A stretch of 64,000 nucleotides of DNA from Promethearchaeota archaeon. Its GTDB lineage: Archaea > Asgardarchaeota > Lokiarchaeia > Sigyniarchaeales > SOKP01. Location: NCBI GenBank assembly GCA_029838195.1, contig JALGVJ010000015.1:1-64000 (forward strand). The letters run 5' to 3'. The notes under the pieces were generated by a model, which saw only the letters and a program-made list of their open reading frames with translations, was not told where the DNA came from and searched no databases. This document shows positions 60,927-64,000 of this stretch, piece after piece (position 1 is the stretch's first letter; every line of letters starts with the position of its first letter). A program made the translations under genes and the position numbers.

Positions 60927-63548
60927 TTAAATTTTATAACTACTTTCGAGATTTCCTATTTTTTTGAAAATTAATTTATTCTCTTTATTCACATCGACTT
61001 CAATAAGGGCTCCATCAGAAAATTCCCTGTTTAATAGTTTCAGGGATAGCGGATTTTGGATGTAATCTTGAATGGCACGTTTTAACGGTCGAGCTCCGAA
61101 ATCCGGGTCGAAACCTTTTTCGCTCAAGTATTCTCTTGCCTTCTCCGTCAATTGTATCTGAATTCCATGCTCTTTTAACACGTTGTTAAGGCGTTGGATT
61201 TGTATCTCTACGATTTGTTTGATTTGTTCTTTCTCCAAGAAATTAAAGATAATGACATCATCAATCCGATTTAAAAATTCTGGTCTGAAATAATTCCTTA
61301 ATTGTTTCAAAATTATTTCTTTATTGGATTCGAAATCTTTTCCTCGAGAATTCAAAATGTAACCGCTGCCGATGTTGCTTGTCATAATGATGATCGTGTT
61401 TTTAAAATCCACGGTTCTTCCATGACCATCCGTGAGTCGCCCATCATCTAAGATTTGTAAGAGGATATTGAATACCTCTGGATGAGCTTTTTCGATCTCA
61501 TCAAATAAAATCACTGAATAAGGCCTCCTGCGTACGGCTTCTGTTAAATATCCGCCTTCTTCATAGCCAACATATCCTGGAGGTGCTCCTATTAGTCGAG
61601 CAACGCTATGCTTCTCCATGAATTCTGACATGTCAATGCGTATCATTGCATTTTCATCATCGAAAAGAAATTCAGCCAATGCTTTTGCAGTTTCCGTTTT
61701 TCCAACACCCGTGGGTCCCATGAATATGAAAGATCCAATCGGTCGATTTGGATCTTGGATTCCCGCTCGAGCACGCCTAATCGCATTAGAAATTGCAACG
61801 ATTGCTTGATCTTGTCCAATAACTCTCTTTTTCAATCGCTCCTCCATTTTTAAAAGTTTTTCCCTTTCACTTTCCATCATTCTAGACACGGGAATGCCCG
61901 TCCATTGCGAGACCACTTTAGCAATATCTTCCGCATCCACTTGTTCTTTCAAGATGGGTTTTTCTTTCTGAAGCTCTTTCAATTGTTCATTGTATTTTTC
62001 TAAATCCTTTTTTAACTGATTTAAAACCCCATACGTCAATTCAGCAGCCTTCTCCAAATCTCCTCGTTTTTCCGCCTTCTCAGCTTCAATCTTGGTTATT
62101 TCCATCTGTTTTTTTATCTCATTAATTTTCGAGATGCATTCCTTTTCATTTTTCCATTGTAATTTTAAAGCATCTACTTGTTCTTTTAATTGAGAAATTT
62201 CCGCATCTAATTTCTTGATCTTTTCTTTTACGACCTCATCTTCCTCTTTCTTCAGTGCCTCTTTTTGAATTTCTAATTGGATGATTTTTCTTTCAATTTC
62301 ATCTATTTCGATCGGCATGCTATCGATTTCAATTCTTAATCGTGAAGCAGCTTCATCCATCAAATCAATCGCTTTATCAGGAAGGAATCTATCCGTAATA
62401 TAACGGTGAGATAATGTTACGGCGGCAATTATAGCCGAATCCGTAATTCGAATGCCATGATGGATTTCATATTTCTCCTTCAGCCCTCTTAGAATCGCAA
62501 TAGTATCTTCAACGGAAGGTTCGCTTACATATACCGGTTGAAACCTGCGGGTGAGTGCTGCATCTTTCTCTATGTATTTCCTATATTCATCCAATGTTGT
62601 AGCACCAATAGCTCGTAATTCTCCTCTGGCAAGAGCTGGCTTGAGCATGTTAGATGCATCAATAGCGCCTTCAGCAGCGCCTGCGCCGACTAACGTGTGA
62701 AGCTCATCAATGAATAAGATGTATTTTCCTGCGCCCTTTTCAATTTCTTTAAGAAAGGCTTTCAACCTGTCCTCAAATTCTCCTCTATATTTCGCACCCG
62801 CGATTAAAGCAGCTAAATCAAGGGCTACGATTTCTTTATTTTTTAACGATTCAGGCACGTCATCATCAGCAATGCGTTGTGCCAAGCCCTCAACTATCGC
62901 TGTTTTTCCCACTCCAGCTTCTCCAATTAACACGGGATTATTCTTTGTACGTCGGGATAAAATATGCATCACGCGTCGAATTTCCTCGTCTCTTCCTATT
63001 ACCGGATCTAATTTGCCCCGTCGTGCCAAGTCCGTGAGATTCCTACTGTACTTTTCGATGGCTTGATATTTTCCTTCTGGATCTTGATCCGTCACCCGTT
63101 GATTTCCCCGCACGCTTTTTAGCGCCTGCAGAATACGGTCTCTTGTAATTCCGAAATGCCTAAAGATTGTATGAATTGGTATTGAATCCGCTCCCGCCAT
63201 TGCCAATAAGAGATGCTCCGTACTTAAGTATTCATCATGCAATAATTCGGCTTCCTTCCACGCATTATCGAATAAAATTTTCGTGGAAGGCGAAATGAGA
63301 ATTTCAGTAGCTCCTGGCCCCGTCACGCGGGGAAGTCGTTCTAATTCATCAAGCAAATCTCGTCTTAAATGTTCAATGTTTATGCCTAATTTCTGAAGTA
63401 AGGGAATTGTAATTCCATCTGGTTGCTCTAAAAAAGCCAACATTAAATGAACGGGTTCAATTCTCTGATGATCGTGATTTTCTGCTAACTTTTTAGCAGC
63501 CATCAATCCTTCTTGTACTTTTATCGTGAAATTATCAAATTTCATCAT
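60927..63548 (-). CDS. clpB: ATP-dependent disaggregase ClpB
   Basis: Two AAA+ domains ([16 protein letters not shown]), GAKYRGEFE, long M-domain, [13 protein letters not shown]. Confidence 0.97.
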   Translation of the reverse strand: MMKFDNFTIKVQEGLMAAKKLAENHDHQRIEPVHLMLAFLEQPDGITIPLLQKLGINIEHLRRDLLDELERLPRVTGPGATEILISPSTKILFDNAWKEAELLHDEYLSTEHLLLAMAGADSIPIHTIFRHFGITRDRILQALKSVRGNQRVTDQDPEGKYQAIEKYSRNLTDLARRGKLDPVIGRDEEIRRVMHILSRRTKNNPVLIGEAGVGKTAIVEGLAQRIADDDVPESLKNKEIVALDLAALIAGAKYRGEFEDRLKAFLKEIEKGAGKYILFIDELHTLVGAGAAEGAIDASNMLKPALARGELRAIGATTLDEYRKYIEKDAALTRRFQPVYVSEPSVEDTIAILRGLKEKYEIHHGIRITDSAIIAAVTLSHRYITDRFLPDKAIDLMDEAASRLRIEIDSMPIEIDEIERKIIQLEIQKEALKKEEDEVVKEKIKKLDAEISQLKEQVDALKLQWKNEKECISKINEIKKQMEITKIEAEKAEKRGDLEKAAELTYGVLNQLKKDLEKYNEQLKELQKEKPILKEQVDAEDIAKVVSQWTGIPVSRMMESEREKLLKMEERLKKRVIGQDQAIVAISNAIRRARAGIQDPNRPIGSFIFMGPTGVGKTETAKALAEFLFDDENAMIRIDMSEFMEKHSVARLIGAPPGYVGYEEGGYLTEAVRRRPYSVILFDEIEKAHPEVFNILLQILDDGRLTDGHGRTVDFKNTIIIMTSNIGSGYILNSRGKDFESNKEIILKQLRNYFRPEFLNRIDDVIIFNFLEKEQIKQIVEIQIQRLNNVLKEHGIQIQLTEKAREYLSEKGFDPDFGARPLKRAIQDYIQNPLSLKLLNREFSDGALIEVDVNKENKLIFKKIGNLESSYKI

Positions 63549-63563
63549 TTTTTTATCACCACC

Positions 63564-63998
63564 CTATAAACCTGTTTTTCTTAATTGTTCTAATAATTCT
63601 TTTTGTTTTTTATTTAATTTTTTTGGTACCTTAATTTTAATTTTAACTAACAGATTTCCTCTCTCGTCTGAATTAATTTTATAAAAACCTTGATTTTTTA
63701 ACCGCAAAATAGAAAAATCTGCGGTTCCATGGGGAATAGTAACCGTTAATTCTTTTTCCACGCCGGGAACTTTTATTTTGCCTCCTAAAGCGGCCAAGGT
63801 AAAGGGAACTTCCTTTTCAATATAGAGATCATCTCCTTGGCGCTCAAATATTGGATGAGGCTTGATATGAACTGCTATGTATAAATCTCCTGGAGGGCCT
63901 CCATTCTCACCCGGCATTCCTTTTCCTTTTAATCTCAATTTCTGATTATCTCTAATGCCCCTTGGAATCTTAACGGTTAATGTTTGAATTTGCCCGGT
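63564..63998 (-). CDS. dnaJ: DnaJ-family chaperone, C-terminal part (gene starts beyond the window)
   Basis: Frame open to the window edge: TLTVKIPRGIRDNQKLRLKGKG...GDLYI...HPIFERQGDDL...LRLKNQG. Confidence 0.9.
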   Translation of the reverse strand, partial: TGQIQTLTVKIPRGIRDNQKLRLKGKGMPGENGGPPGDLYIAVHIKPHPIFERQGDDLYIEKEVPFTLAALGGKIKVPGVEKELTVTIPHGTADFSILRLKNQGFYKINSDERGNLLVKIKIKVPKKLNKKQKELLEQLRKTGL

Positions 63999-64000
63999 AA

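Noticed and set aside
116-63066. Numerous short ORFs antisense to or overlapping confident genes (e.g. 405-707, 10847-11203, 13827-14210, 17625-18086, 26750-27295, 62710-63066)
   Set aside because: Shadow frames of well-supported genes with no recognisable motifs
1-64000. tRNA, rRNA or SECIS elements
   Set aside because: No cloverleaf with a T-loop consensus, no rRNA-like tract, and no intact gene with an in-frame TGA recognised by eye; tRNAscan-SE and Infernal were not run

Overview
Low-GC archaeal chromosomal segment, most likely Asgard (Lokiarchaeia/Promethearchaeota). This is inferred from a Rab-like small GTPase, proteasome alpha subunit, TFB, RFC subunits, PolB2, tungsten AOR and a giant E/K-rich repeat protein. 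The first ~13.5 kb is a decayed accessory zone. It holds a frameshifting DDE transposase, several gene fragments and duplicated fragments, an orphan m4C-type methyltransferase, fprA with a broken desulfoferrodoxin and an attC-like hairpin, and a 66-bp direct repeat. Next come tandem GH4 glycosidases, a split PolB2/arCOG07300/iRadA module, and a sirtuin and sulfatase with a duplicated promoter. These are followed by the Rab-like GTPase, psmA, a 2755-aa protein with a strict 204-aa period, a CdrS-like RHH regulator, fdx-aor, panB, a three-subunit RFC cluster, a P-type ATPase/PadR pair and dnaJ-clpB-tfb. Best leads: (1) a conserved CCGACA-N3-TTCKGA promoter element shared by both halves of the PolB2 module and the CdrS-like gene, possibly a DNA-damage regulon; (2) the periodic giant helical scaffold protein. 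No tRNA, rRNA or CRISPR array was recognised. All calls are by eye; no database searches were run.
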